64,000 bases of DNA from Clostridia bacterium (GCA_017501885.1 JAFVWA010000224.1:21226-85225), one strand, 5' to 3'; counted from the first letter of the stretch, positions 16,025-26,932 are shown. A program made the numbers and translations. The notes: a model not told the origin generated them from the letters alone.

Positions 16025-16110
16025 ATATTTTTACTAATTGGTGCGAAATACTTTATATTTTTATAAAAAAAGTCTATAATGTAAGGGAATTAAATTTAAG
16101 GTAGGTTGCT

Positions 16111-17226
16111 ATGCAAGACCAAAGAGTTAACAAATTAGCCCACGGGCTTATAAATTATTCGTGTCAGCTTAAAAAGGGCGAAAAGGTTTTAATCGAAGCG
16201 AAGGGCATTGACTACATGCTCGTTACGGCGCTCGTTAAGGAAGCGTATAAGGTTGGCGCTTATCCTTTCGTGGAAATTTACGATAACCGCGTTACGAGAG
16301 AACTTCTTTTAGGCGAAACTGAAGAACTTGCAAAACTTCGCGCTAAGTTCGACGGCGCAAGAATGTCTGAAATGGACGCATATATCGGTATTCGTGATGG
16401 GGAAAACAGCAACGAACTTTGCGACGTTCCCGAAGATAAAATGCAAATAGAAAGTAAATTCTATTCTCAACCCGTTCACCACGAACGCAGGGTTAAAAAT
16501 ACCAAGTGGGTAGTTTTAAGATACCCAAACCAAGGCATGGCTCAACAAGCCAACATGAGCACTGACGCCTTTGAAGAATTCTATTTTAACGTTTGCAATT
16601 TAGATTACTCTAAAATGGACAAGGCAATGGACGCTTTGGAAAAACGCTTAAATAACGCAGACAAGGTTAGAATAGTAGGACCTGGAACAGACCTTTCTTT
16701 TTCTATTAAGGGAATAGGCAGCAAAAAGTGCGCGGGAAGATGCAATATCCCCGACGGCGAAATTTACACCGCACCCGTAAAGGACAGCGTTAACGGTGTT
16801 ATAACGTATAACACTCCGTCAATAGAAAACGGCTTTAAGTTTGAAAACGTTTGCCTAACCTTTAAGGACGGCAAGATAATCAATGCCACCGCTAACGATA
16901 ACGATAAAGTAAACGCGCTATTTGATACTGACGAAGGCGCAAGATACGTTGGCGAGTTCGCTTTTGGCGTTAACCCATACATTACTAAGCCTATGGGCGA
17001 CATTCTTTTTGACGAAAAGATTTCAGGCTCTATCCACTTTACCCCCGGCAGTTGTTACGACGACGCGTATAACGGAAACGAATCTGCAATTCATTGGGAC
17101 TTGGTTTTAATTCAAACTCCCGAATACGGCGGCGGAGAGATTTATCTCGACGGCGAACTCATTCGCAAAGACGGATTGTTTGTGGTTGACGATTTGAAAT
17201 GTTTAAACCCCGAAAATTTAAAATAG
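16111..17226 (+). CDS. M29-family aminopeptidase (AmpS/PepS-like)
   Basis: 371 aa with typical M29 N-terminus and length. TAG stop at 17224-17226. Confidence 0.85.
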   Translation: MQDQRVNKLAHGLINYSCQLKKGEKVLIEAKGIDYMLVTALVKEAYKVGAYPFVEIYDNRVTRELLLGETEELAKLRAKFDGARMSEMDAYIGIRDGENSNELCDVPEDKMQIESKFYSQPVHHERRVKNTKWVVLRYPNQGMAQQANMSTDAFEEFYFNVCNLDYSKMDKAMDALEKRLNNADKVRIVGPGTDLSFSIKGIGSKKCAGRCNIPDGEIYTAPVKDSVNGVITYNTPSIENGFKFENVCLTFKDGKIINATANDNDKVNALFDTDEGARYVGEFAFGVNPYITKPMGDILFDEKISGSIHFTPGSCYDDAYNGNESAIHWDLVLIQTPEYGGGEIYLDGELIRKDGLFVVDDLKCLNPENLK

Positions 17227-17239
17227 CGGGTAAAATTGT

Positions 17240-17268
17240 TTGACTATTGCCAAAATATATTATAAAAT
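17240..17268 (+). promoter_or_regulatory. sigma-A promoter for gap
   Basis: TTGACT (17240-17245), 17 nt spacer, TAAAAT (17263-17268). Confidence 0.7.
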
Positions 17269-17310
17269 GTATACGAAAAATGAGAAAATCAAATTTGGAG
17301 GACATAAAAA

Positions 17311-18366
17311 ATGTCAAAAGTAACAAAAGTTGCAATTAACGGTTTCGGTCGTATCGGTCGTCTTGCTTTCCGTCAAATGTTCGGTGCTGAAGGCTACGAA
17401 GTTGTTGCTATCAACGACTTAACCAGCCCAAAAATGCTCGCTCACTTATTAAAGTATGACACAATGCAAGGTAACTACGCTCGTGATCATCAAGTAGACT
17501 TCGCAGAAGCTGTTCTTAACGAAGACGGTTCTGTTAAAGAAAACGGCTACATCGTAGTAGACGGCAAGAAAATCACCATCTACGCTATGGCTAAAGCTGC
17601 TGAACTTCCATGGGGCAAACTCGGTATCGACGTTGTTTTAGAATGTACCGGTTTCTACACCAGCAAGGCAAAGGCTCAAGCTCACATCGATGCTGGCGCT
17701 AAAAACGTTGTTATTTCTGCTCCTGCAGGTAACGACCTCCCAACTATCGTTTACAACGTAAACCACAAGACCTTAACTAAGGACGATCACATCATTTCTG
17801 CTGCATCTTGCACCACCAACTGTCTCGCTCCTATGGCTAAGGCTCTCAACGACCTCGCTCCTATCGAAGCTGGTATCATGACCACCGTTCACGCTTACAC
17901 CGGTGACCAAATGATCCTCGACGGTCCACAAAGAAAGGGTGACCTCCGTCGTTCAAGAGCAGGCGCTATGAACATCGTTCCTAACAGCACCGGCGCTGCA
18001 AAAGCTATCGGTCTTGTTATCCCTGAACTCAACGGCAAACTCATCGGTTCTGCTCAACGTGTTCCTACCGCAACCGGTTCTACCACCATCTTAGTTGCTG
18101 TAGTTAACAAGGCTGTTACCAAAGACGAAGTTAACGCTGCTATGAAGGCTGCTGCTAACGAATCTTTCGGTTACAATACCGACGAAATCGTTTCTTCTGA
18201 CGTTATCGGCATGAGATTCGGTTCATTATTTGATGCTACTCAAACCATGGTTATCCCAATGGCAGACGGCAAGACTCAAGTTCAAGTTGTTTCTTGGTAT
18301 GATAACGAAAACTCTTACACCAGCCAAATGGTTAGAACCATCAAATACTTCAGCGAAATTAAGTAA
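17311..18366 (+). CDS. gap: type I glyceraldehyde-3-phosphate dehydrogenase
   Basis: INGFGRIGR and SCTTNCLAP active-site motifs. Codon usage looks biased toward a highly expressed gene. Confidence 0.95.
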   Translation: MSKVTKVAINGFGRIGRLAFRQMFGAEGYEVVAINDLTSPKMLAHLLKYDTMQGNYARDHQVDFAEAVLNEDGSVKENGYIVVDGKKITIYAMAKAAELPWGKLGIDVVLECTGFYTSKAKAQAHIDAGAKNVVISAPAGNDLPTIVYNVNHKTLTKDDHIISAASCTTNCLAPMAKALNDLAPIEAGIMTTVHAYTGDQMILDGPQRKGDLRRSRAGAMNIVPNSTGAAKAIGLVIPELNGKLIGSAQRVPTATGSTTILVAVVNKAVTKDEVNAAMKAAANESFGYNTDEIVSSDVIGMRFGSLFDATQTMVIPMADGKTQVQVVSWYDNENSYTSQMVRTIKYFSEIK

Positions 18367-18386
18367 TTTATTTCAAGAAAAGTATA

Positions 18387-18416
18387 AATCCGCCGTTTCA
18401 TAACGGCGGATTTTTT
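18387..18416 (+). terminator. terminator of gap
   Basis: Stem AATCCGCCGTT / AACGGCGGATT followed by a T-run. Confidence 0.85.
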
Positions 18417-18460
18417 ATTGCTTTACAAATGCTTTCAAATGTGCTAAAATAGTTTGCGTT

Positions 18461-19192
18461 ATGAATAATTTTTTAAAGATTAATCACAGGGTAAACTTTG
18501 CAGAAGTGGACCATAAAAGCAATATGCGACTTGACTACGTTATCTCTAATATTCAAAAGGTAACGGGCTTTCACTCTACCGAAATGGGTGTTGACGGGCA
18601 TACCACGGCAGAAAAATGCAATGCCTATTGGGTGGTAAGTAAAATTAAACTTAAAATTTTCTCTCTCCCACAAGACGGGGAAGAAGTGGAAATAGAAACG
18701 TGGCCAACCACCGTAACCCCTTTAAGATTTTTAAGGGATTATAAAATCAGTTTAGACGGCAAAGAGTGTATAGTTGCCACAAGTGAATGGTGCACTTTGG
18801 ATATAGACACTATGCGCCCAAGAAGAACGGATTCTATTTGCTATCCATTCGATATGGAACATAGAAAAGATAGAAGCGGGGCAGGTGAGTTTTCTAAACC
18901 CATTGAAAACGTTACAGAAGAACACTTTAACCACGAACATAAGTCTTTATTTATTGATATAGATTCTAATGGGCACACCAACAACGTAGTTTACGCAAGA
19001 ATGACCTTAAACTGCTTTACTCCCGAAGAATTTGATAATATTAACTTAGACGAGTTTGAAATTTATTTTCTATCTCAAACCTTTTATGGCGACGCCGTTA
19101 GGGTATACAAAAAGAAAACCGACTACGGCTACTACATAGAAGGCAAAAAAGAGGGCAAAACAACCTTTAGTTGCGTGCTTAAAACAAAATAA
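18461..19192 (+). CDS. acyl-ACP thioesterase
   Basis: 243 aa with a double hot-dog pattern, NHRVNFAEVD N-terminus and GHTNNVVY motif. Confidence 0.8.
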   Translation: MNNFLKINHRVNFAEVDHKSNMRLDYVISNIQKVTGFHSTEMGVDGHTTAEKCNAYWVVSKIKLKIFSLPQDGEEVEIETWPTTVTPLRFLRDYKISLDGKECIVATSEWCTLDIDTMRPRRTDSICYPFDMEHRKDRSGAGEFSKPIENVTEEHFNHEHKSLFIDIDSNGHTNNVVYARMTLNCFTPEEFDNINLDEFEIYFLSQTFYGDAVRVYKKKTDYGYYIEGKKEGKTTFSCVLKTK

Positions 19193-19196
19193 AAAC

Positions 19197-19230
19197 AGAA
19201 AAAAGACTGCGAATTTTCGCAGTCTTTTTA
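19197..19230. terminator. bidirectional terminator
   Basis: Stem GACTGCGA / TCGCAGTC flanked by A-run and T-run. Confidence 0.8.
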
Positions 19231-19258
19231 ATTCTTATTCGATTTTTGCCTTGGTAAA

Positions 19259-19414
19259 TTAGGTTGTAGCGTTTGAACAGTTGTCTGAGCAAAAGTTAGA
19301 ACAACACCCAGAGGTTAGCAATGCTAAAAGTAAAAATAGTTGAGTGTAGTTAATGGTGTTGTTGCTAACGAGCAGTAATAAAAGAGCAATCAAAACTATA
19401 TTGTTGCCGTTCAT
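19259..19414 (-). CDS. unannotated 51-aa hydrophobic peptide with Cys/Ser/Asn-rich C-terminus
   Basis: My own translation: MNGNNIVLIALLLLLVSNNTINYTQLFLLLALLTSGCCSNFCSDNCSNATT. GGAGG SD (19426-19422) lies 7 nt before the ATG. A TATAAT sits at 19457-19452 and a terminator lies downstream. It falls below the track's size cut-off. Confidence 0.5.
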   Translation of the reverse strand: MNGNNIVLIALLLLLVSNNTINYTQLFLLLALLTSGCCSNFCSDNCSNATT

Positions 19415-19532
19415 TAAAAAACCTCCTTTTGGCAAAAAACGCTATTTTTGTATTATATGCGAGTGCTTTTTCAAAGATTACCCAAAAGCTTTATGATACA
19501 ATATATGCACAATTATTAAAGGAGGTTTTACT

Positions 19533-19865
19533 ATGGATATTTTGGTTGATAAAAAAACTCAAGGATTAATAGAAGATTTTGTTCCGCAAGGAGAAATTTT
19601 AGACGAACTCGTTTGCTTTTTCTCTATTTTTTCCGATTACACAAGGCTTCGCATGATTTCAGCTTTAGCCATTAGCGAGATGTGTGTAAGTGATTTGTCT
19701 ACCCTTCTCGGTCTTAACCAAACGACTGTTTCCCACCAACTAAGACTTCTTAAAAATCTTAATGCGGTAACCACCAAGCGTCAGGGCAAAGTGGTGTTTT
19801 ATTCACTTCGCAACGATACCTTAAACGAAGTGCTTTTAAAAGGTGTGGAATTTTTGGGCTATTAA
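19533..19865 (+). CDS. ArsR/SmtB-family metalloregulator
   Basis: FSDYTRLRMISAL...CVSDLS...LNQTTVSHQLRLLK winged-HTH pattern. Confidence 0.85.
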   Translation: MDILVDKKTQGLIEDFVPQGEILDELVCFFSIFSDYTRLRMISALAISEMCVSDLSTLLGLNQTTVSHQLRLLKNLNAVTTKRQGKVVFYSLRNDTLNEVLLKGVEFLGY

Positions 19866-19869
19866 CCGC

Positions 19870-19898
19870 TTGTATTTAAATAAAAAATAGGTTATAAT
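19870..19898 (+). promoter_or_regulatory. sigma-A promoter abutting the uvrC start codon (leaderless geometry)
   Basis: TTGTAT (19870-19875), 17 nt spacer, TATAAT (19893-19898). The ATG A lies 7 nt after the -10, and there is no SD. Confidence 0.55.
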
Positions 19899-19904
19899 AC
19901 TCTA

Positions 19905-21728
19905 ATGGACAACTTATCGGAAAAGTTAAAACATTTGCCAGAAAATCCCGGCGTTTACGTTATGCTGGATAAGAACGGCGTTATAATTTACGTTGGCAAG
20001 GCGAAAAATCTTAAAAATAGAGTTCGTCAATACTTTTTCAATTCGGTAAAAACCCAAAAAGTTATGGCGATGGTAGCAAACGTTGCTGACTTTTACTACA
20101 TAATCGTTCCTACCGAGATTGACGCGTTGTCCTTAGAAAACAACCTGATTAAAAAACATAAACCGAGATATAATATATTATTAAAGGACGATAAAACTTA
20201 CCCCTATATTAGGGTGGACTTAAAAGAAGATTTCCCCGCCTTTACGGTTACGAGAAAAATAAAAAAAGACGGTGCAAAATACTTCGGCCCTTTTATGGGC
20301 GGAATAAACGTTCGCTCGGTTTTAGAAACGCTTAACCTTGCTTTTGGCGTTCGCCCTTGTGATAAAAAGTTAAATAGCGATAAACCCTTAAAACCCTGCC
20401 TTAACTATCACATAAATCGTTGTCCGTCGCCATGTTCGCTCGCTATTTCAAAAGAGCAATATCGTGAGAGTGTTTTAGATGCCATTGCCTTTTTATCGGG
20501 CGACACTGATAAAACCGAGAGCATGCTTAAACAAAAAATGCTCCTTGCAAGCGAAAACGAAGAATTTGAACTCGCTCTTAAATATAAAGAAACGTTAAAC
20601 GGTTTGGAAAAACTTACTCAAAAGCGTTTGACTGCATTAAATAAGTTTATCAGTTCGGACGTTATTGCATACTCGTCAAACGGCATATACTCTGCGGTTA
20701 GCCTTTTAATTGTCAGAAGCGGTAGAATGGTCGGTGGTAAAAACTTTGCTTTTGAAAGCGGGGCAATAGACGGGGACGAAACGCTTAGCGAATTTATATT
20801 AAGATACTATAAAGAGGGTGCGGAAATTCCCGACGAGATTATTTTAAGTGAAGAAATATCCTCTTCAGAACTTCTGACCGAGTATTTTAAGAAAAACTTT
20901 GAAAAAGCACCCCCATTTACCGTTGCAAAGCAAGGGGTTAGAAAACAACTTACCGAGATGGCAAAGGTCAATGCCGAAGAACATCTTGAAACCAACGTCG
21001 ATAAGATTAAGCACAAGGAAGATATGACCATAAGCGCTTGCAAGTCTTTGCAAGAAAAGTTAAACCTTGAAAACTTCCCCCACCGAATGGAATGTTACGA
21101 TATCTCTAACGTAAGCGGTGTAGACAAGGTGGGAAGCATGGTCGTGTTTATTGACGGCGAACCCGATAAGGACAGTTATAGAAGATTTAAGATAAAGACT
21201 TTTGAAGGTGCGGACGATTATAGGGCGCACCAAGAAATGATGCAAAGGCGCTTAGAACGCTTAAATTCAGATGCGGAAAAATTCCCAAAACCCGACTTGA
21301 TTATAATCGACGGTGGAAAGGGGCAACTTTCTGCGGTTAAAGAAGTGTTCGACAAACACCAAATCAGCGATATAGACCTTATATCTCTTGCGGAAAAAAA
21401 CGAAGAAATTTATACACTCTTTAATGATGAACCTATCGTTTTACCCAAAAGAGATTACTGTTTAAGAATGCTACAACGAATTCGTGACGAAGCACACCGC
21501 TTTGCTATAACCTATCACAGAACGCTTCGTGGCAAACGCGCGCTATCGTCCGTGCTTGACGACGTTAAAGGACTTGGCAAGGTTAAAAAACGCGCTCTGC
21601 TTGAACGTTTTAAGGACGTGGGTGGAATTGCGCTCGCTTCAAAAGAACAACTGATGGAAGTTGACGGCATTGGCGAAAAACAAGCTGTGCTTATTATAGA
21701 AAAACTTACTAAAGAGGGACTTAAATGA
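19905..21728 (+). CDS. uvrC: excinuclease ABC subunit C
   Basis: GIY-YIG N-terminus (PGVYVMLD...IYVGKAKNLKNRV), UVR domain, C-terminal HhH2. Confidence 0.95.
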   Translation: MDNLSEKLKHLPENPGVYVMLDKNGVIIYVGKAKNLKNRVRQYFFNSVKTQKVMAMVANVADFYYIIVPTEIDALSLENNLIKKHKPRYNILLKDDKTYPYIRVDLKEDFPAFTVTRKIKKDGAKYFGPFMGGINVRSVLETLNLAFGVRPCDKKLNSDKPLKPCLNYHINRCPSPCSLAISKEQYRESVLDAIAFLSGDTDKTESMLKQKMLLASENEEFELALKYKETLNGLEKLTQKRLTALNKFISSDVIAYSSNGIYSAVSLLIVRSGRMVGGKNFAFESGAIDGDETLSEFILRYYKEGAEIPDEIILSEEISSSELLTEYFKKNFEKAPPFTVAKQGVRKQLTEMAKVNAEEHLETNVDKIKHKEDMTISACKSLQEKLNLENFPHRMECYDISNVSGVDKVGSMVVFIDGEPDKDSYRRFKIKTFEGADDYRAHQEMMQRRLERLNSDAEKFPKPDLIIIDGGKGQLSAVKEVFDKHQISDIDLISLAEKNEEIYTLFNDEPIVLPKRDYCLRMLQRIRDEAHRFAITYHRTLRGKRALSSVLDDVKGLGKVKKRALLERFKDVGGIALASKEQLMEVDGIGEKQAVLIIEKLTKEGLK

Positions 21729-22522
21729 AGTATAAACTAATTGTATCTGACTTTGATGGAACACTGGGCGAAGCACCTGCTGAAATTCAGCCTTCCACAG
21801 TGGAAGTGGTAAAAGAATACGTTAACCGTGGTGGGAAGTTTGTTATATGCACTGGGCGAATGTTTGCAGGCATAAAACCCATTTGCGATAAATATGGCAT
21901 AAAGGGTATAGTGATAAGCTATCAGGGTGCCACCATAGACGATTTATCGACGGGAAAACGTATTTTAGAAGGCGGTATCGACTACGAGCTTGCCGCAAAA
22001 GTTACCGCAGACCTTATGGCAGACGGAATGCCCGTTTGTGTAGACGTTGAAGACGTTATGTATTGCGAAAAAGAGTCGGAATACACTGAATATCACAAAG
22101 GCTTTACCGACGTTAAAATAGTAAACGATTTAGTTGGGTTAGTTAAAGCAAAGCAAAAGCCTGTAATGAAGGTTGTAACCGCAGGCGAGCCAGACGTTAT
22201 CTATCATTTAGTTGAAAAGTATAGCGAAAAATACAAAGGTCAGCTTATTGCAAACGGCGGTTCGGATAGACTTATAGAAATCGTTTCGCCAGATTTTACA
22301 AAGGGTAAATCCGTTAGATTTTTGCAAAAATATTTTAATATTCCATTTGAAGAAATTATGGCGGTGGGCGATTCTACTAATGACATAGAGCTTCTAAACG
22401 GGCCGTGGCACGGCGTTGCCGTTGGCGATTGCAGACAAGAACTTAAACCTTTTGCAAAAGAAATTACCGTACCTTTCAAAGAAAAGCCGATAGAACACTT
22501 AATTAAGAAATATTGTTTATAA
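21725..22522 (+). CDS. Cof-type HAD-IIB phosphatase
   Basis: LIVSDFDGTL motif I and GDSTNDIELL motif III. ATGA overlap with uvrC. Confidence 0.85.
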   Translation: MKYKLIVSDFDGTLGEAPAEIQPSTVEVVKEYVNRGGKFVICTGRMFAGIKPICDKYGIKGIVISYQGATIDDLSTGKRILEGGIDYELAAKVTADLMADGMPVCVDVEDVMYCEKESEYTEYHKGFTDVKIVNDLVGLVKAKQKPVMKVVTAGEPDVIYHLVEKYSEKYKGQLIANGGSDRLIEIVSPDFTKGKSVRFLQKYFNIPFEEIMAVGDSTNDIELLNGPWHGVAVGDCRQELKPFAKEITVPFKEKPIEHLIKKYCL

Positions 22523-22536
22523 TACATAGGTAAAAA

Positions 22537-24867
22537 ATGGACGAAAGAAACACTAATTTAGCAAAAAACACAATTATATTACCTGTAATTGCATTGAGGG
22601 GAAGGGTGTTGCTTCCCAAAAACTTCATCAACTTTGACGTAGGCAGACCAATGAGTGTAAAAGCCGTTCAAACGGCGTCAAACACGGGCTCTTTGGTATT
22701 TATCGCTGCGCAAAAAAACGTTGCTATCGACGCGCCAAAACAAGGCGATATTTATACGGTGGGCGTAATAGCAAAGATTAAACAGGTTATCAAAGTTCCA
22801 AGCGGAAGCATGAAAGTTAACGTGGAAGCGCTAACTCGTGCAAGAGTGGTAGAGTTTAAGAATAACCCCGATTATTTTGTTGCTGAAGTAGAAGAATTTC
22901 CTTACGTAGCGCCAAAGTCGGCTACTGAACTCGAAGCGTATTTTAGAATGGCTAAAAACGCTTTCTACGAGTATACTCTTTACGATAAGCGCATCACAAA
23001 AGAGATCATTTCTTCAATAACCGACGTGAGCGAAGAAAACCATTTTATAGACAGCGCGCTTTCTATAACTCATTTTAAGGAAGCCGACGTTTATAAAATT
23101 TTAGAAGAATCTAAGACGCTAAAAAGACTTAGACTTTTTGAAGGGCTTTTTAAGCGCGAATTAGAAATAGCAAAGATTGAAAAGAAAATTTCTACAAAGG
23201 TGCGTCAAAGCATTGATAAAAGCCAAAAGGAATTCTATTTAAGAGAGCAGTTAAAGGCTATTCACGAAGAACTTGGCGACAGCGCTGACGAACGTCAGGA
23301 ATTAGTAGACCAAATTAAGGCTAAAAAACTTCCACAAGACATTGAAGATAAAATGATGAAGGAGATTGCTCGTCTTGATAAAATCAATCCGTCTTCTCCC
23401 GACTATTCAATTATTTTAAATTATCTTGACTGGATAAAGGAACTTCCCTTTACCACAAGCACAGTTGATACCGACGATTTAGAGAAAGCAAAACAAATTC
23501 TCGATGCCGACCATTTTGGCTTAGAAAAGGTTAAGCAAAGAATTTTAGAATACCTTGCCGTGTTGCATTTAACTAAGCAAATTAAAGGACCTATCCTTTG
23601 TTTCGTTGGTCCACCCGGGGTAGGTAAAACTTCGGTTGCAACCTCCATTGCTCGTGCGCTTAATCGAAAGTTTGTTAGAATGAGCCTTGGCGGTGTTAAA
23701 GATGAAGCGGAAATCCGTGGACATAGAAAAACCTACGTGGGCGCAATGCCTGGTAGAATTATAAACAGCTTAAAGACGGCTGGAAGCAATAACCCCGTGT
23801 TCTTGCTTGACGAAATCGATAAACTTTCGTCAGATATTCACGGTGATCCTGCGAGCGCGCTTTTGGAAGTTTTAGACCCCGAACAAAACACATCATTCCG
23901 CGATAGATACTTGGAAGTGCCTTTCGACCTTTCGAAGGTTATGTTTATAACTACCGCAAACTCGGTTGACACTATCCCTTATCCATTACTTGACAGAATG
24001 GAACTTATCGAACTTACGGGATACACGGGCGAAGAAAAACTTCAAATAGCAAAGCAGTATTTAATACCTAAACAGTTAAAGCAAAACGGTTTGACCGATA
24101 AAAAGGCGGAGATAACCGACGGCGCTATTAAAGAGATTATCGAATGCTACACTATGGAAGCGGGCGTTCGTAATTTGGAACGTGAAATAGGTAGTGTTAT
24201 AAGAAAAATAGCCACCAAGGTAGCGCAAAACCCAAGGGCAAGAAAGACGACGGTAAAAGAAAAAGACGTGTTTAGTTATCTTGGAGTTAAAAAACATTTA
24301 AGGGACGCTAAACTTGAAAACGACGAGATAGGCGCTTGCACGGGACTTGCTTGGACGAGCGTTGGCGGAACTACTTTAACCATTGAAGTAAGTTTAATGC
24401 GCGGTAAAGGTGAAATCCTTTTGACGGGTAAACTTGGCGACGTTATGAAGGAATCTGCAAGGGCGGCTATAAGCTATATACGTTCAAATGCGGACAAGTT
24501 CGGAATCTCTGACGATAGGTTTGAAAATACCGATATTCACATTCACGTTCCCGAAGGCGCAACCCCAAAAGACGGACCGAGCGCGGGTATAACCATGGCT
24601 ACGGCTATTCTTTCGGCATTCGTTAAAAAGACTGTTAAAAAGAGCGTTGCCATGACGGGCGAAATCACCCTTCGTGGTAAGGTTTTAGCAATTGGCGGAC
24701 TTAAAGAAAAGGCGCTTGCGGCATTCCGTCAGGGCATTAAGACGGTTATTATCCCTAAGGCTAACTTAAAGGATTTAACCGATATTCCACAAGACGTTAA
24801 GAAGGAAATGGATTTTATTACCGTTGATAGCATTGAACAAGTTTTCAAAAAAGCAATCAACTTTTAG
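22537..24867 (+). CDS. lon: ATP-dependent Lon protease (endopeptidase La)
   Basis: GPPGVGKTS Walker A and the [12 protein letters not shown] catalytic Ser motif. TAG stop at 24865-24867. Confidence 0.95.
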   Translation: MDERNTNLAKNTIILPVIALRGRVLLPKNFINFDVGRPMSVKAVQTASNTGSLVFIAAQKNVAIDAPKQGDIYTVGVIAKIKQVIKVPSGSMKVNVEALTRARVVEFKNNPDYFVAEVEEFPYVAPKSATELEAYFRMAKNAFYEYTLYDKRITKEIISSITDVSEENHFIDSALSITHFKEADVYKILEESKTLKRLRLFEGLFKRELEIAKIEKKISTKVRQSIDKSQKEFYLREQLKAIHEELGDSADERQELVDQIKAKKLPQDIEDKMMKEIARLDKINPSSPDYSIILNYLDWIKELPFTTSTVDTDDLEKAKQILDADHFGLEKVKQRILEYLAVLHLTKQIKGPILCFVGPPGVGKTSVATSIARALNRKFVRMSLGGVKDEAEIRGHRKTYVGAMPGRIINSLKTAGSNNPVFLLDEIDKLSSDIHGDPASALLEVLDPEQNTSFRDRYLEVPFDLSKVMFITTANSVDTIPYPLLDRMELIELTGYTGEEKLQIAKQYLIPKQLKQNGLTDKKAEITDGAIKEIIECYTMEAGVRNLEREIGSVIRKIATKVAQNPRARKTTVKEKDVFSYLGVKKHLRDAKLENDEIGACTGLAWTSVGGTTLTIEVSLMRGKGEILLTGKLGDVMKESARAAISYIRSNADKFGISDDRFENTDIHIHVPEGATPKDGPSAGITMATAILSAFVKKTVKKSVAMTGEITLRGKVLAIGGLKEKALAAFRQGIKTVIIPKANLKDLTDIPQDVKKEMDFITVDSIEQVFKKAINF

Positions 24868-24875
24868 GAGTTAAA

Positions 24876-25475
24876 ATGAAAATCACCAAAGCTGAATTTA
24901 TCACAAGCGTTGCAAGTGCTGATAAGTTTTACAAAACCGATAAGCCGATAATAGCGGTGGCGGGCAAGTCTAACGTGGGCAAAAGTTCACTTATTAACAT
25001 GCTTGCAAATCAAAAAAAACTTGCTAAAACTTCGGTTACCCCTGGTAGAACAAGGCTTATAAACTACTTTGATTTTGGCGAATTCGTTTTGGCAGACTTG
25101 CCTGGTTACGGCTATGCTAAGGTAAGCAAAGCCGAAAAGGAAAAGTGGGGCGCGCTCTTAGAAACTTTTTTGCAGTCGCAAAAAATACGTTTGCTTGTTT
25201 CATTAGTGGACATTCGTCACGATCCAACGAGCGATGATAAGATGATGATAAACTACTTGTATCACTATCAAATTCCTTTCGTGCTTGTAGCAACTAAGGC
25301 AGATAAACTTGGCAAAACAAAAATAAAACCCCGCCTAAAAGAAATTTCTGCGGAGCTTAGGGTAGGTATTGGCGATATAACGGCAAGTTCGTCAGAAAAC
25401 GGACTTGGCAAACAAGAAATTTTATCACTTATAGAAAAGGCTATTTCAGAACAAGAAGAAAGCCAACAAGAATAA
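24876..25475 (+). CDS. engB: ribosome-biogenesis GTPase YsxC/EngB
   Basis: GKSNVGKSSLIN G1 and DLPGYGY G3 motifs. Conserved position after lon. Confidence 0.9.
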   Translation: MKITKAEFITSVASADKFYKTDKPIIAVAGKSNVGKSSLINMLANQKKLAKTSVTPGRTRLINYFDFGEFVLADLPGYGYAKVSKAEKEKWGALLETFLQSQKIRLLVSLVDIRHDPTSDDKMMINYLYHYQIPFVLVATKADKLGKTKIKPRLKEISAELRVGIGDITASSSENGLGKQEILSLIEKAISEQEESQQE

Positions 25476-25480
25476 ACTAA

Positions 25481-25513
25481 AACCCCCACCGAGTAGGTGG
25501 GGGTAATTTTTTA
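25481..25513. terminator. bidirectional terminator
   Basis: Stem CCCCCACC / GGTGGGGG followed by a T-run. Confidence 0.8.
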
Positions 25514-26932
25514 TTTGCAAAGTATGGTCGGTTTGAACTTTGTGTTCGGGTTTGAGTTGTCAAACTCGGTTATTAATATAAGTAGCGTTAAACTAATCAT
25601 AATTGGGATAGTGGAAAATTCCGTCGTGTCAATAAAACCGTAGCAAGCACACAAGGTAAACGAGAAAAAAGCGAACTGGTTAAAGCAAGTGTTCTTTTTG
25701 CAAAGAATTGCATAGCGGTGATAATAATAATAAACGTAAGCCACGAAACCTAAAATTCCCATGCTTCCTAAAACTTGGAAAAGGGTGGAGTGAGAATTGT
25801 ATCCACGTAGCGCACCATTGCCCGTTACAGGTGAATAGAATTGATGGTTGTGATATCCAAATCCCGCGCCGAACAAGGGGTTTTCCTTAAAAATTCTCCA
25901 AGCGTCTAAATAAAGTTCGGTTCTTCCCGAGTCGCCCGAAGACGCCTTGTCTATTATATCGGTTATAATATGGAATTTGTCAAGAGCAGTTAATAGTATT
26001 AGTCCAAACAAAACGCCTGCTATTGCTAAAAATATGATAAAGTTGAAAATCTTTTTGTTTAAGCCTTGTAGGTTTTTGTAAACGAAGAAAGCAAGGAAGG
26101 GTAGGAACGCCACTGAAATTCCCAAACACCCGTCGCTACCCGTCATGTAAACGACAAAGTAGAAAAACAACACCGTTACAAGGCAAGGCAAAATATTTTT
26201 GCTCTTTGTCAAAAGATAGCACGCGGCAGGGATTGCAAACATCAGCACCGAAGCCGTAACGTTTACGTTGCCCCAACCCATTTCGTTAACTCTGAAAACT
26301 TTATTTTTCAAAACCTTAAGGTTTAAGTAATAATATCCGAAAGTAATGGAAGCAATAAAGCCTGAGAGCATTAATAAAAGCATAAAATACTTTTTAAGGT
26401 TAAAAGCTTCGGGGTATTCAATATAGTTGGCAAAGTATAGGTATACTATTAAAATAACAGGCCCTAACGGAATGGAATAAAGCAACCCGCTTGCGTATTC
26501 CGACAGGTAAGGCGAGAGTATTCCGCCAAGGAAAAGCGCCACCGTAACTAAGCATAAAGGCAAGAACATTCTGCCCACCTTAAAATGCTTTATAGGAAAC
26601 TTTATGAAGTGAATTACTAAACATATAGCGGGGGGAACGACCATTATATAGAAGACAATGCTTCCCGTAAACGACATATCCCTTATCAAAAAGATAAAGA
26701 ACAAAAGTAGGGGAAGAAGTGGGGTTGCGTCCCTTTTTGTAGCCAAAAGGTAAGAACCGAGTATAAAGGTCAGCGCGATTCCGCCCGACTGCATTTTTAA
26801 CACGTAGCAAAAAACGGTAACGAACGCCATTATAACGGGATAGGAATAACTGTAAAAGAAGTCATCGATAAAATCTTTGACTTTTTGTTTTGTTAGTATT
26901 CTCTTTTCACTCGTTAAAAGTTTGCTACTCAT
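25511..26932 (-). CDS. O-antigen ligase/polymerase-like (Wzy_C family) membrane protein
   Basis: 473 aa, polytopic. A large loop carries GAGFGYHN...YNSHSTLFQVLGSMGILG, typical of the Wzy_C domain. Confidence 0.7.
   Translation of the reverse strand: MSSKLLTSEKRILTKQKVKDFIDDFFYSYSYPVIMAFVTVFCYVLKMQSGGIALTFILGSYLLATKRDATPLLPLLLFFIFLIRDMSFTGSIVFYIMVVPPAICLVIHFIKFPIKHFKVGRMFLPLCLVTVALFLGGILSPYLSEYASGLLYSIPLGPVILIVYLYFANYIEYPEAFNLKKYFMLLLMLSGFIASITFGYYYLNLKVLKNKVFRVNEMGWGNVNVTASVLMFAIPAACYLLTKSKNILPCLVTVLFFYFVVYMTGSDGCLGISVAFLPFLAFFVYKNLQGLNKKIFNFIIFLAIAGVLFGLILLTALDKFHIITDIIDKASSGDSGRTELYLDAWRIFKENPLFGAGFGYHNHQFYSPVTGNGALRGYNSHSTLFQVLGSMGILGFVAYVYYYYHRYAILCKKNTCFNQFAFFSFTLCACYGFIDTTEFSTIPIMISLTLLILITEFDNSNPNTKFKPTILCK

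Noticed and set aside
15945-16110. Strand switch (mostly minus-strand genes 7.2-15.9 kb, mostly plus-strand afterwards) considered as a replication origin
   Set aside because: There is no dnaA or dnaN and no cluster of DnaA boxes. The only exact TTATCCACA I noticed (about 62970) is inside a CDS. Plus-strand genes also occur before 7 kb.
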